DNA from: the human T2T-CHM13v2.0 reference genome, Homo sapiens
Reading direction: 5' to 3' (one strand)
Length of the DNA stretch: 64,000 bases
Assembly (NCBI RefSeq): GCF_009914755.1
Contig: NC_060929.1
The position numbers were made by a program, and so were the translations under genes. The stretch's first letter is position 1; every line of letters begins with the position of its first letter. Below, piece by piece: positions 12,340 to 24,179 of the stretch. Under the pieces are notes generated by a model. It searched no databases. It was not told the DNA's origin and saw only the letters and a program-made list of their open reading frames with translations.

Positions 12340-13060
12340 GGAGCCGCGAGTTGGGGCCCAGGGACTGCTAGGCCCCTGATACCTGGAACTCCAGGGTGCA
12401 CTTGGTGCCCTGAGCGATGTCCTCGTAGAAGCACTGCTTGGCGTTGTCAGGAAGCTCGAAGGTGATCTCAGAGGCGCCGCCGGGTCCAGGCACCAGTAGC
12501 AGCAGTGCGAGCAGCCTGCACCCCCAACGGCCCGCGACGGCCGCCCAGCGCTGCGCGGACCCCGGCCGCGGCATCCCGAGAAGGCGGCGGCGGCCTCAAC
12601 CGAGCTGCGAGACGCAGGGTCAGGTCTGCGCGGACTCACCGCGCGCGGCAGGCCTCAGCGCAGGCCACCCCGCAAAGATACACAGCAGAGCAGGTTCACG
12701 CCTGTGGGAGATTCGGGATCAGAGCGACCCTCCGGCTTCCTGTGAGGGGCGCAGACGGGCGGACCTGGGGAGGTAAAAGAGAAGCGGAAAAGGCCTGAGA
12801 GGGTCGGAAGTGGGGATTAGCCTTTCGGGGGGTGAAGGGGCGGAGCCTGAGACACCGGCTCCCGTGACCCGGATGCGTTCTTCTCCGGGAACACGCGTTG
12901 GAGTGCGTACGTGGAAGCCCGCGAGGCGTTGGCTCTGCCTCCGTTGCAGCCTGGGACGAGGGGCGGGGCCAGAGTCGTGGGCGGAGAGGGGCGAGACCAG
13001 GAAACGGGGCGTGGCGGCCGCCGTGGTTACAGGCGGTTGGCGAGGGTAATTACGCTCCAA
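12340..13060. promoter_or_regulatory. CpG island / TATA-less promoter of TMED7
   Basis: Very high GC and CpG density. GC boxes GGGGCGGAGC 12837-12846 and GGGGCGGGGC 12960-12969; ETS motif CGGAAGT 12805-12811; TACGTGG 12908-12914; CCAAT near 13057. Confidence 0.9.
12383..12574 (-). CDS. TMED7: TMED7 coding exon 1 (signal peptide and start of GOLD domain, aa 1-64)
   Basis: ATG at 12574. Translates [64 protein letters not shown]. Donor CAG|GTATCA at 12383/12382, phase 0. Lies in the CpG island. Confidence 0.97.
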
Positions 13061-13067
13061 TCACTGG

Positions 13068-13168
13068 CTTTTTTTGTTGTTTTTTTTTTTTTTTTTTTGA
13101 GACAAGAGTCTCGCCCTGTCACCCAGGCTGGAGTGCAGTGGCGCGATCTGCGCTCACTGCAACCTCCG
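13068..13168 (-). mobile_element. 5'-truncated Alu (3' end plus tail) at the CpG island edge
   Basis: T-run followed by gagacaagagtctcgccctgtcacccaggctggagtgcagtggcgcgatc. Confidence 0.9.
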
Positions 13169-13319
13169 CTGGGAACTTAGCGCTGGGGAGCATCTAGGGA
13201 GTGGTAAAGGGCTCATTTTGCCCTAGGGTGCTAATCGTTGGTGGTAGAGCGCTTTGCAATTTGCGGAGTTTTCTCATAAGTAATAATAAATATTTGGGGG
13301 AAGCAGCTGGGCAAGGAGC

Positions 13320-13530
13320 GCGAATTCTAAGAGCAGACTGCAGGAGTGCTTAATCCCTGCTTTGCCACGTACTGGCTGTGTGACGTCCGGCCACTTGCTT
13401 AAATTCTCTGCCTCAGTGTGTATCTGTAGAATGGAGATAATAGCACCTACCATAGAGAATTATTACAAAGTACCAATATTTGGAAAAAGTACCTAGAAGT
13501 GGTTGGTACATAGCAAGCACTAGATGAACT
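13320..13530 (+). mobile_element. MIR
   Basis: ggctgtgtgac...cttaaattctctgcctcagt...tctgtagaatggagataatagcacctacc. Confidence 0.75.
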
Positions 13531-13721
13531 TTTGTTAAATTAAACGTCACAGTGCAATCAATACATTACATACCACAAGATAGGCAAAAATTTTAAGTGT
13601 AACAATAACAGATATTGGTCGACTTATAGAGCCACAAAACCTCTTATACACTGCTAGTGAAAAAGTAAATTGGTTAATCAAGTTGGAAAACAATGTGCCA
13701 TTATCTAATAAAGTAGAATAT

Positions 13722-13806
13722 ATGTATACACACACAGAACACACACACCTATATACAGTGTGTGTGTGTGTGTGTGTATATATGTATATATATATATATA
13801 TATATA
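13722..13806. repeat. Compound (CA)n/(TG)n/(TA)n microsatellite
   Basis: Directly visible. Confidence 0.9.
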
Positions 13807-14137
13807 GCCTGGAATATGTAGCCACAGCCTGGAAATTCCATTTTACATATATTTATGGAGTATATGCTTTAGAGCAGTGGTTCTCAAGTGTTGCTCTGAA
13901 GTCCCCAGAAGCCTCCTGAAACCCTTTCAGAGGGTATGTAATGATCTGTATGAAGCTGGATTTTCATTATATATTTCAACCAAAACAGCATAACAGATTG
14001 AATATCAAAGGAAATGAGCACCCAGCTTCTTCCTTAAATCTAGATATGAAAGATTTACAAAAATAAGGTCACTCTTCTTGCTAAATTTTTATTTCGAAAA
14101 TATTTTTATTAAAAGATGTGTTATTTATGTAAATGTG

Positions 14138-15240
14138 TGCAGTGAGTTGAATTGTGTCCCCCTAAAAAATACATGTCCAAGTTTCAACCCCTCCACCCCT
14201 GTGAATATGATTTTATTTGGAAATAGGGCTTTTGCAGATGTAATTAAGTTAAGGCCCTCAAGATGAGGTCATCCTGGGACTTAGGGTGGGCCCTAAATCT
14301 AAAGACTGTTATCCTTATGGTATGGTTTGGCTGTGTCTCCACCCAAATATCATCTTGAATTGTAGTTCCCATAATCCCCACATGTCACGGAAGGGACCCG
14401 GTGGGAGGTAATTGAATCATGGAGGCAGATTTTTCCCATGCTGTTCTGGTGATAGTGAATAAGTCTCATGAGATCTGATGGTTTTATTGTAGTTCCCATA
14501 ATCCCCATGTGTCATGGGAGGGACCTGGTGGGAGGTAACTGAATCATGGGGGCGGGTTCTTCCCATTCATTTATGTTTCCCATAAAGCAGTATTGTGTTT
14601 ATAATGCATTATTTGTGTTTATAAACATATAATGCACGTATAATGCATTATTCATGTTTATAAACATTGTTCATGTTTTATAACAGGTAGTTAGCTACAT
14701 GAGATCTCATGGTTTTATAAAGGGCAGTTCCCCTGAACACGCTCTCTTGCCTGCTGCCATGTAAGACGTGCTTTTGCTGTGCCTTCACCCTCCACCATGA
14801 TTGTGAGGCCTCCCCAGCCATGTGGAACTATCAATTCATTTAACTTATTCTTTGTAAATTACCCTGTCTTGGGTATTTCTTCATAGCAGTATGAACATGG
14901 ACTAACACACCTTATAAGAGGAGGGAAGATTTGAGATGCACAGACACAAAGATACAGGGGCAGGGTTGGGGGAGGGGAATGGCATACTGAAGACAAAGAT
15001 ACAGATTGGAATGAATGATATGTTCACAAGTCAAGGAACACCAAGGATTGCCCATCGCTATGGGAAACTAGGAGAATGGCTTGGAACACCTTCTCCTTCA
15101 GAGCTTCCAGAAGGTATCAACCTTGGCAATACCTTACTTGCAGACTTCTTGACTCTCCAGCTCTGAGAGAAAAAATTTCTGTTGTTTCAAGCCATCACAT
15201 TTGTAGTAATTTGTGACGGGATCCTCAGGAAACTAATGCA
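14138..15240 (+). mobile_element. MLT1B/C solo LTR interrupted by a THE1 LTR
   Basis: gagttgaattgtgtcccc...ttatttggaaatagggc...gcagatgtaattaagttaag; 3' end ttctgttgtttcaagcca...ggaaactaatgca. Confidence 0.85.
14318..14909 (+). mobile_element. THE1 solo LTR, internally rearranged
   Basis: TGGTATGGTTTGGCTGTGTC...GGACTAACACA, with 5-bp TSD CCTTA on both sides. Confidence 0.9.
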
Positions 15241-15377
15241 ATATGTAATGGGTTTATTGTTTATTTTAAATGAATTATCAAATATTTTTAAATATCTCAG
15301 ATCTCAATAACCTTTATTGGACATTTTTTAATTTGAAAATTTTTATTTAATCTTTAATTTTTACGATTCTGAGGCCC

Positions 15378-15697
<320 letters not shown>

Positions 15698-15724
15698 CTA
15701 AAAAGTACGAGAATCACTACTTTC

Positions 15725-16245
15725 AAGAAGCTCATGCACAGGTATACCAGAATATGTATACAAGACTACTAAAATCCAAAGCCTGGTAACAGTCTCAACT
15801 GGAAATACCCCAGATATCTATAAATGTAGGTGTATGTAGGTATATTAAAAAAATGGGACATAACATAACAATGAGAGTGAACATTATTATACCTACACAG
15901 CACAACATTGGAGAATCTTACAAGCATGATGCAAAAGAAAGTGACAGAAAAAAATCAGCATATAAAGGCTGACAACAAGCAAAACTGAACAATCCCATTT
16001 TCCCTAATACATGGTAAAGCTATACAAAAAAGCAAGAGAATGATTATCTCAATAGTCAGGAGAGCAGGGAAGGATGGAGTAATAAGTGAGAGGCAACACA
16101 GGGTGGGGAAAGTGGGGGGCTTCCTTGGTGCTGGTGATGCTCTTTTTCTTGACATAGGTGGTGGTTACATGTATGGTCACTTTATATTTACTTATTATTA
16201 TATGGTTTATGTACTTTTCTGCATGTATATTTCACAGCAAAAGAA
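15725..16245 (+). mobile_element. L1ME 3' fragment
   Basis: ggggcttccttggtgctggtgatgctctttttcttgacataggtggtggttacatg is an L1ME 3'UTR motif. Confidence 0.65.
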
Positions 16246-16269
16246 GGAAAATTTAATATACTGGATGCA

Positions 16270-16727
16270 TCAGTAGTTAGTCATTATTGTGAGAAAAACA
16301 CATCAAAACTTGTAGCTTAAAACAATCTGCATTCATAGTTTACCGCACATTAGAGCCCAGGTCAGCTGAGTGGGTCTGGTCTCACCTGGGCTCACTCATC
16401 CTCAGAGGTCCACTGGGGATTGGACAGACAGCTTTGCTGATCTTGGCTGGCTTCATTCATATTTTGGCAGGACAACTGGCTATAGGCTGGTCTAGGATGG
16501 TGTTGGCTGGGAAAACTGAACTCTTCTCCATGTAGGAGTCTCTCATCCTCTAATGAGCTAGCCTGGGATTAGTCATATGATGATCCCAGGATTTCAGGAG
16601 AGAGAATGTGAAAGGCCCCTTGAGGGCTAGGCCCAGTACTAGGCCCTGTCACTTCTGTCTCATTCTATTAATGAGAAGTCACAGAAGTCACAAGGTCAGT
16701 CCAGATTCCAGGGATAAGGAAGAGTTA
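16270..16727 (-). mobile_element. Old MLT1 (H/I-like) LTR
   Basis: caaaactt..gcttaaaacaa, gggctcactca, gtcacttctg..cattctatt..aagtcacaagg..cagattc. Confidence 0.6.
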
Positions 16728-17220
16728 TGTCTGTCAGGGTTTCACTAGAGAAGCAGAATCACTGGAAGGCTAAATAAATAAATAAACAAGTACATAGATA
16801 TCTTTGTATATATGTCTATTATATAGCTGATTAAACAGTGTGTGGGAGGCTGTTGCTTCTGTGTCTGGTGCTAGAGCCTGAAGTCTGAAGATAATGACCA
16901 TAGTCAAGAAGGAAAGACGGATGTGAAGTGGAAAAATAAAGAGAAACTAGAGCCTGTGAGAATGGGCCACAAGTACAGCCATTCCTCACTGCCTCCAAGC
17001 CCCAACCTTCAGTGATAGGTGAACTGCAGGAAAAGCTGTCTTTCTTCTTCATGGAACTAAACATATACCTGGCCTGGGAGTCAGAAGACTTCAGGCATAA
17101 AAAAGAATATCGCTGCTGCTTCCTTACTTCAGATACACTGACCTTTGTCTATGCAAGGAATAGAATTCTAGGAAACAGTAGCTCCGAATTAGCTAACTTA
17201 ATATAATACAAATCCACCAG
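16728..17220 (-). mobile_element. Old ERVL-class LTR (LTR40-like)
   Basis: Ends gtcagggtttcactagagaagcagaa and gaattctaggaaacagtagctcc..ttagctaa. Subfamily uncertain. Confidence 0.4.
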
Positions 17221-18325
17221 ACACTTTGCAAAGGTGGGTATGGGGCCAGGGAAGAATTTTGTTCATTTTTGCACTCAATTCACTCTGCCAGATAAAGACA
17301 GAAAATGAACTAAACAAGATTCTTGCCCTTGGAGGATTCATAATCTGGAGAATATGAATTTAATTTTGTTCCAGATTTTTTGTTTTTTTTCCTTTACTTC
17401 CCTGGATTATTATAAGGATCAGAAAGAACATATATGTGAGAAAGCTTTATAAAATACACAAATTAATATAATCTTTATGTAAAGTACACACTTTTACTAA
17501 GGACTACAAAGTATTACAAGGAAAAAAATAACCCATAATTTTGTCAGTTTACAGTGAAAACACAGCGATGGGAATTTTGACCCAAACGTAATCTTTGAGA
17601 CTAGATTGTCTCATATCCCCTACTAATACATAGGGTTGGGCAAATTACCTAACCTTTCTAATACAGTTTCTTAATCTATAGAACAGGATAATTGTAGGTG
17701 GCTGAAAGGATTGAATGAGATAATGAGAAAATGTCTGTACAGCACACAGCACAGTGCTTGAAATACAACAGGGACTCTAATTATTCCACAAAAGGCCATT
17801 ATTGAAACAAAAACTATCATTTTATTCCTATAGATATGGGGTTTCCTATTATTTCTGTATGTTAGAATATTAGATTAGGTTAAATAATATTATAACTAAC
17901 ATAAATATAAGATAGAGAAGTTTCAAAGGACAAGGTTTAGGTGGAGGAAAGGAACATAGCCATGACCTCCTTGGTGTCAGCATCAGATGCACATAAGGGA
18001 AACTCTGAGATAAAGCATTTGCCACCCAGAGATGGAGATGCCCTATTTAGGCAGCTCCTGACATAAGGGAGTGAAGACTAGAAATGTCAGCATCTTTACT
18101 ATTACACCTAGAGCCTACACTCATCATTATCTGAATCTGAGATATTCCTGAAAATATTTTGGACAGCAATTTTGGGAAGAGTTAGCCTATATTCTATTTC
18201 CTATTCTTTAAATAGGAAAAATAATAATCTATTCCATATTCATGCAAAATATCTAACCAGTTGTCCTAAATATCACCAACAATACTCTTTAACTTATATA
18301 ACAACTCAAGTATATCTTCATAATA

Positions 18326-18755
18326 TAGTAATGTGCTGCATAACTATACTTCAGTCAACAACAGACTGAATATATGACAGTGATTCCTTAAGATTATTTT
18401 TTAAAAGTTAATGTGTGCATTATAGGAAACTGAAAACATGAGAAGCAAAGAACAAAGTCACCCACAATCACAAGCAGTTTTCTAAGATTATAATACTATA
18501 TTTTTACTGTACCCTTTCTATGCTTAAATACACAAATATTTGCCATTGTGTTACAGCTGCCTACAGTATTCAATGCAGTCACATGCTGTGCAAGTTGGTA
18601 GCCTAGAAGCAATAGTCTACACCATGCAGCCTAGGTGCATAGTAGGCTATACCATCTGGGTTTGTGTAAGTATACTCTATGATGTTCACACAACTATGAA
18701 ATCACCTAAGGACACATTTTTAAAAATGTGTCTGTCATTAAACAATGCATGACAG
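18326..18755 (-). mobile_element. Tigger3a (MER7A) with an 85-bp internal insert
   Basis: Degenerate CAGTCATG TIRs flanked by TA; internal tagcctag..gcaatag..ctataccatct..gtttgtgtaagta. Confidence 0.85.
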
Positions 18756-18981
18756 TATAAGCATTTAAAGCACTAATTATCTAATTTCCTCAACACATAA
18801 TGAGCTCATCAATGGTATATTCATATGCAGTACTCAAGGATACTCTACAGTATCAGATATAAATTATGTTTTCCTTCTACACTGCAAAGGATATCCACTG
18901 TAATGTAAATAAACAAGGACACACTATGTTAAAGATACATCATAACACTTAGCAAAATAACTTGATAAAACAAGGCAATTA

Positions 18982-19458
<477 letters not shown>

Positions 19459-20588
19459 CTAATTGCCCAGGTGAGATTTGGTAGTGGGAAGAGAGAAAGG
19501 GGGCTGTGATCTTGGTAGCAGTTTGGTGATGGGTGAAGTTTGAGGGAGAATGAGCAAATGAAGGAGTTAAGTCATGCAGTACATGCCAGAAGTTTGTCCA
19601 GGTCTAAATTTGAGGAGCAGATGAACAGTCTTCTCACCTTGGCTCTCAACAGTCAGTCAGTGACTGAGAAGCAAGGCCTGCAGCAATAAGACAAACCCCA
19701 ATTGCCTTTTGTTGAATAGGCAATCCTTCAGGATGGATAGCATTCCCTTAGCTTGCAGCTATGAAGTTCCTAATAATAGGATTGTACCTGTAAATGTACT
19801 TTGGAGTGTGATACTTCTGCTTATGTCATAATCACTGCCATTTATGATATCAGTCCTTTCCTGTGCATGCTCTAAAGTATATTTTAAACATTGGGCACTG
19901 AGTATTCAGGATTGCTCTTCTTTTTCTTCCTCTTCTGATGACCAACAGTGATTATTGTTGGACAAATTTCAACATATTCCTTAACTATAGACACACGCGC
20001 ACACACACACACACATTATAAACCTTGGCAACTTCTGTGATTTTTTGTTTTGAAATTATGACTGCCCCAAAACATTGTTAGTCAGCAACTAATTGCAGAA
20101 TCGATTTTCTAGAAGATATTTAATAATATGGAGAAGATGAGATCTATAATGTGCAACCCATTTAAATGATGAAAGCACCCACTTGGGAAAAGGTTGGAAC
20201 TAGGTCTGCAGTGTACTCTGCATCCTCTCCTCTAGATATCAAAGATAATATACATGCTTTGGCTGACAGATGCATGGCAGATTCATTATAGCAGGCTTTG
20301 ATTCAGAGTGAATTTGCAGATAAATTGTTTGCAATCTTTAGATGATGAGAATTCAGAAAGTGAAAGATACCTATATTTTTGCCCAGCTCCACAGATTGCT
20401 CCATAGTAAAGACTTGCCTGATATCCCTGATATTTAAGAGAAAGCCAAATAGACACATCAATGCATTATTTTTCACAGTTCCTTAATCTGTTTGAGGAGA
20501 TGAACACAAAGATATACACAAAGGACACATTTTCAGACCTTTGTGAATTCCCAAATCTATGAGTACTTCTACAGCATATGATTTTTCT

Positions 20589-20896
20589 TTTTTTTTCTTT
20601 CTTTTTTTGAGATGCAGTCTTGCTCTGTCGCCCAGGCTGGAGTACAGTAGTGTGATCTCGGCTCACTGCAACCTCTGCCTCCCAGATTCAAGCTATTCTC
20701 CTGCCTCAGTCTCCTGAGTAGCTGGGATTACAGGCATGTGCCACTACACCTGGCTAATTTTTGTATTTTTAGTAAAGATGGGGTTTCACCATGTTGGTCA
20801 GGCTGGTCTTGAACTCCTGACCTCATGATCCGCCCACCTCGGCCTCCCAAAGTTAGCAATTTTGGGAATTACAGGCATGAGCCACTGTGCCCAGCC
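20589..20896 (-). mobile_element. AluS flanked by a 167-bp direct duplication
   Basis: Full dimer. Flanks 20422-20588 and 20897-21063 are copies of each other. Confidence 0.95.
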
Positions 20897-21270
20897 TATC
20901 CCTGATATTTAAGAGAAAGCCAAATAGACACATCAATGCATTATATTTCACAGTTCCTTAATCTGTTTGAAGAGATGGACACAAAAATATACACAAAGGA
21001 CACATTTTCAGACCTTTGTGAATTCCCAAATCTATGAGTACTTCTGCAGCATATGATTTTTCTACAGCAGGCAATGCATTTGAAGTTTAAAAATTAATGT
21101 GAAATTTTCAGAGCCTTACTAAGAGTGATTGCCAACTTGATAGTGTATTGAATAGAAAGCAAAACCACAAGGAAACCCTGATGTTGGCCAGTAACGCAAA
21201 TCATATTTGTGTCTCAAGAAAAGAACAAATTCAGAAGCCACTAGTCCTCAAAAGCCACTTACCACTTACC

Positions 21271-21296
21271 AGTTTCAGTTTCAGCTGAAACTGAAA
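21271..21296. promoter_or_regulatory. Back-to-back ISRE/IRF motifs in a perfect 24-bp palindrome
   Basis: AG followed by TTTCAGTTTCAG|CTGAAACTGAAA. Motif match only; function not shown. Confidence 0.45.
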
Positions 21297-21654
21297 ACGC
21301 GAAATCTCTGGAAACCAGGAATCCAGGCTACTAGATTGTCAGCTCCTCAGAAACCTCTGTAGTTGGACCATGTTGCTCACCTTCCTGCAGAAATTCCTCA
21401 ACATTATAAAGATTTCAGATTATAAACATAATATTACGGGGCAATATTTTAAATCCTCATTTAAAATGGAAGTTGAAGACAGTAACAAACACACCACCTT
21501 CCTTAAGAAAACCAGTTTTGCATTCTCCAAAATGTAGGGAGCAACAGAGAAAGAAGTTTCTCTTGTAAATGACCAGTGAACCGGAAACCACGCTGTGGCT
21601 TTCATATTCATCGGCTCCCTTTCAACTCTCCCTCCTACCCCACCAACACCAAGC

Positions 21655-21673
21655 TGGCCACTAGGCGGTGCTG
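21655..21673 (+). promoter_or_regulatory. CTCF-like motif
   Basis: TGGCCACTAGGCGGTGCTG versus consensus TGGCCACCAGGGGGCGCTA. Confidence 0.55.
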
Positions 21674-21754
21674 CTCCCATTCTAATATTACTGCCCAGGC
21701 ACCAATAATGGATTGTTCCTTTTTCATCTGAGATTTATAGTAGCACAGCTACTA

Positions 21755-21990
21755 TATTTTGTGAAAATATAAAATATTTTTAAAATACTTAAAATATTTT
21801 AAATATTTTATAAATAATTTGTATAAAATATTTTAATTTATTTATATATTAAATATATTTAATATACTTATAACTATCTAAATATTTATAAATATATTTA
21901 GTGATATATTTATAAATATGTTGTAAATATATAATATTTAAAATATTTTATAAAATATTTTGAAAATAAAATTTTTTTTTGAAATATTTG
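21755..21990. repeat. AT-rich low-complexity tract (AAATATTT units)
   Basis: Directly visible; almost no G or C. Confidence 0.85.
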
Positions 21991-22207
21991 AGCGAAATTT
22001 TGCTGAAAGCACCAGGATAAAAAAAATAGAGATGAGAATGAAAAGTTATTAGTGAATGGATCACAAAATTACATTGACAACTACTTCTGAAAGGTCATGT
22101 TGTAGGACATTTGGGCATTTTCCTAGGGCAGTGCAGAACCATGGAATAACCTAACTTCTATTATCAAAAGAGCATTCTGGCTGGCATATAAAGACTAAAT
22201 TAGGGAG

Positions 22208-22968
22208 GTGTACTACTTCTCCAACTCTCTGACATCAGCTGGGTGTCCAATAATTCTATTCAATTCTGATGCTATCTACCTGGAGTTATAGTCAGTTCCT
22301 ACAGGTTAAAAAGCTTAGTCCCAGAAGACTACCCCCACGTCAGACACCAACACAAGTTCCGGGCGACCTGTACTTCTGACTGACCATCTATAAATCGGAC
22401 ATTCCCACAACTCGCTGCTCAGGTTTGGCAGTTCACTAGAATAGCTCGCATTACTCAGAAAGGCACTTTACTTACCATTACTAGTTTATTATAAAGGATG
22501 AAACTCAGGAACAACCAAATGTAAGAGATGCATAGGGCAAAGAAGGGAAGGGGATGCAGAGCCGTCATTCCCTCTCCAGGCACATAAACCTCCTAGCATA
22601 CCACCGTCCCGTTACCTCGAGATGTTCACCTACATGAAAGCTCCGTGAACTTTGTCATTTGGCAGTTTCATTATGTAGGTATGAGTGGTTGTTTACATCT
22701 TTGGCCATTGGGGATTAACTTAAACTCTAGCCTCTCTGCCTTCCCAGGAGATTTGGGGGTTGGGCTGAAAGTTCCAGGTTTCTAATTAAGACTTAATCTT
22801 TCTGGTTACCATCGCCAATCTTAAAGCTATATAGGGGCCCACCAAGAGTTACCTCACTAGAACAAAAGATACCACCATCTCCCTTATTACTCAGGAAATT
22901 CCAAGTGTTTTAGGAACTCTGTGCCAGGAACCAGGGACAAACACCAAATATTTTTCTGTGGCACCACA
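22208..22968 (-). mobile_element. MER21-type LTR
   Basis: cagctgggtgtcc..aattcaattctga..tatctacctggagtta and ggaaattccaag..ttttaggaactctgtgccaggaacc. Confidence 0.8.
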
Positions 22969-23770
22969 GCCACTATGCACCTGTGCTCTGATTGATGAAT
23001 CATAGTGATATTTGGGGTTCCAGGAATCAGTGTTAGTCAGGACATAATAATCTTGAAAACTGAAGTTATTTCTCCAGTGCATGATTTCTGAGGTAAAGGG
23101 GTCAAAAATCCCTTGGGGGAAGGCTAGCAGTATGATCATGGAAAGGGCCTTTCTCAAGAATATCCAACATCTTTTTATTCAAAACATTCTAGGTGTGGAA
23201 ACCGACTCAGGTCTGGAACTGGATGGAAGACTGGGATTTTCTAATGCGGAGGTTGAGAGCAGATTTCTGTTAGCCTTCACCTTACTTGGAGTTCTGTGAT
23301 TGTATAAATCAAGGACTTTAGTAAGTTGCTTATCAGTTTTATTCCTGTAGAGTCGACAAATTAGTCACAACCAGAAATCTCTGCATATTACCCCTTTCTT
23401 TAGGTCTAATTAACAAACCCACTCTGCTGCCTTTGGAAATAGCAGAATCACATTCTTTAGGGCACTGTTCTGGGGGATCCTCTTTATTCCCCTGAGTTCA
23501 GGGAGCCCATTTTTATTCAGCTTTTCCCTCAAGCCCTTCCAGCTAAGGACAGACAATAAACCATGTGTTAATGATTCAAGTGCGCTCCTCACCAATCTGA
23601 TTATCATGGCAAGAGTGAAAGGAGAGCCTTCTGGGCTGCAGGATGGTGAAGGTGGATGGGAGGGATGCTTATCATATTCCATTCAACATGGATGTCCTCT
23701 GAAGTCTTCAAATTTCTTCCTCAACCTCATGCAAAGGAATTTGCTGCCTTGTAATATCACTTAATGAGCC
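22969..23770 (-). mobile_element. ERV-L-like gag-pro relic, copy A
   Basis: Peptides SPEGSPFTLAMIIRLVRSALESL and FPQGIFDPFTSEIMHWRNN..NPKYH resemble ERV-L capsid C-terminus and protease. Multiple frameshifts. Confidence 0.6.
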
Positions 23771-24179
23771 ATTCATTGCAGGCTTGTATTTGCTGGTTCA
23801 GCCAGCACACTTTTACAATCACAGTTGATTGCCTGAGTCAGCTCAATGAATGGCAACACCTGCATCAAAACATAAGCTATCTGAAAAATTCCCTCCTAAA
23901 CAAAGAAACTTCAAAATCTATTTTCATTAATATTATCCAGATTTTTTTATGGCATGACACGAATTAGTAAATGCCTGCAATTCCTTGTGAATGGAACTCT
24001 TTATTTTTTTTTTTTTTCTACTCTGGTTCTGTACTTTATTTGTTTTGAATTCTGGTTACTAGCCAAGCTACATATAAGACTTAGGGCGTGATTCTTAGCT
24101 TTCTTCTGCAAGGGAGGTGAGCTACCATGGCAAAGGCAAGCAGTGGCGAGAATTTCAGAAGATTTTCAGGGCTCTGAGG

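Noticed and set aside
12319-13197. Many overlapping 80-113 aa ORFs in the CpG island
   Set aside because: GC-rich DNA is poor in stop codons; most use non-ATG starts or run into an Alu. Only the TMED7 exon 1 frame is supported.
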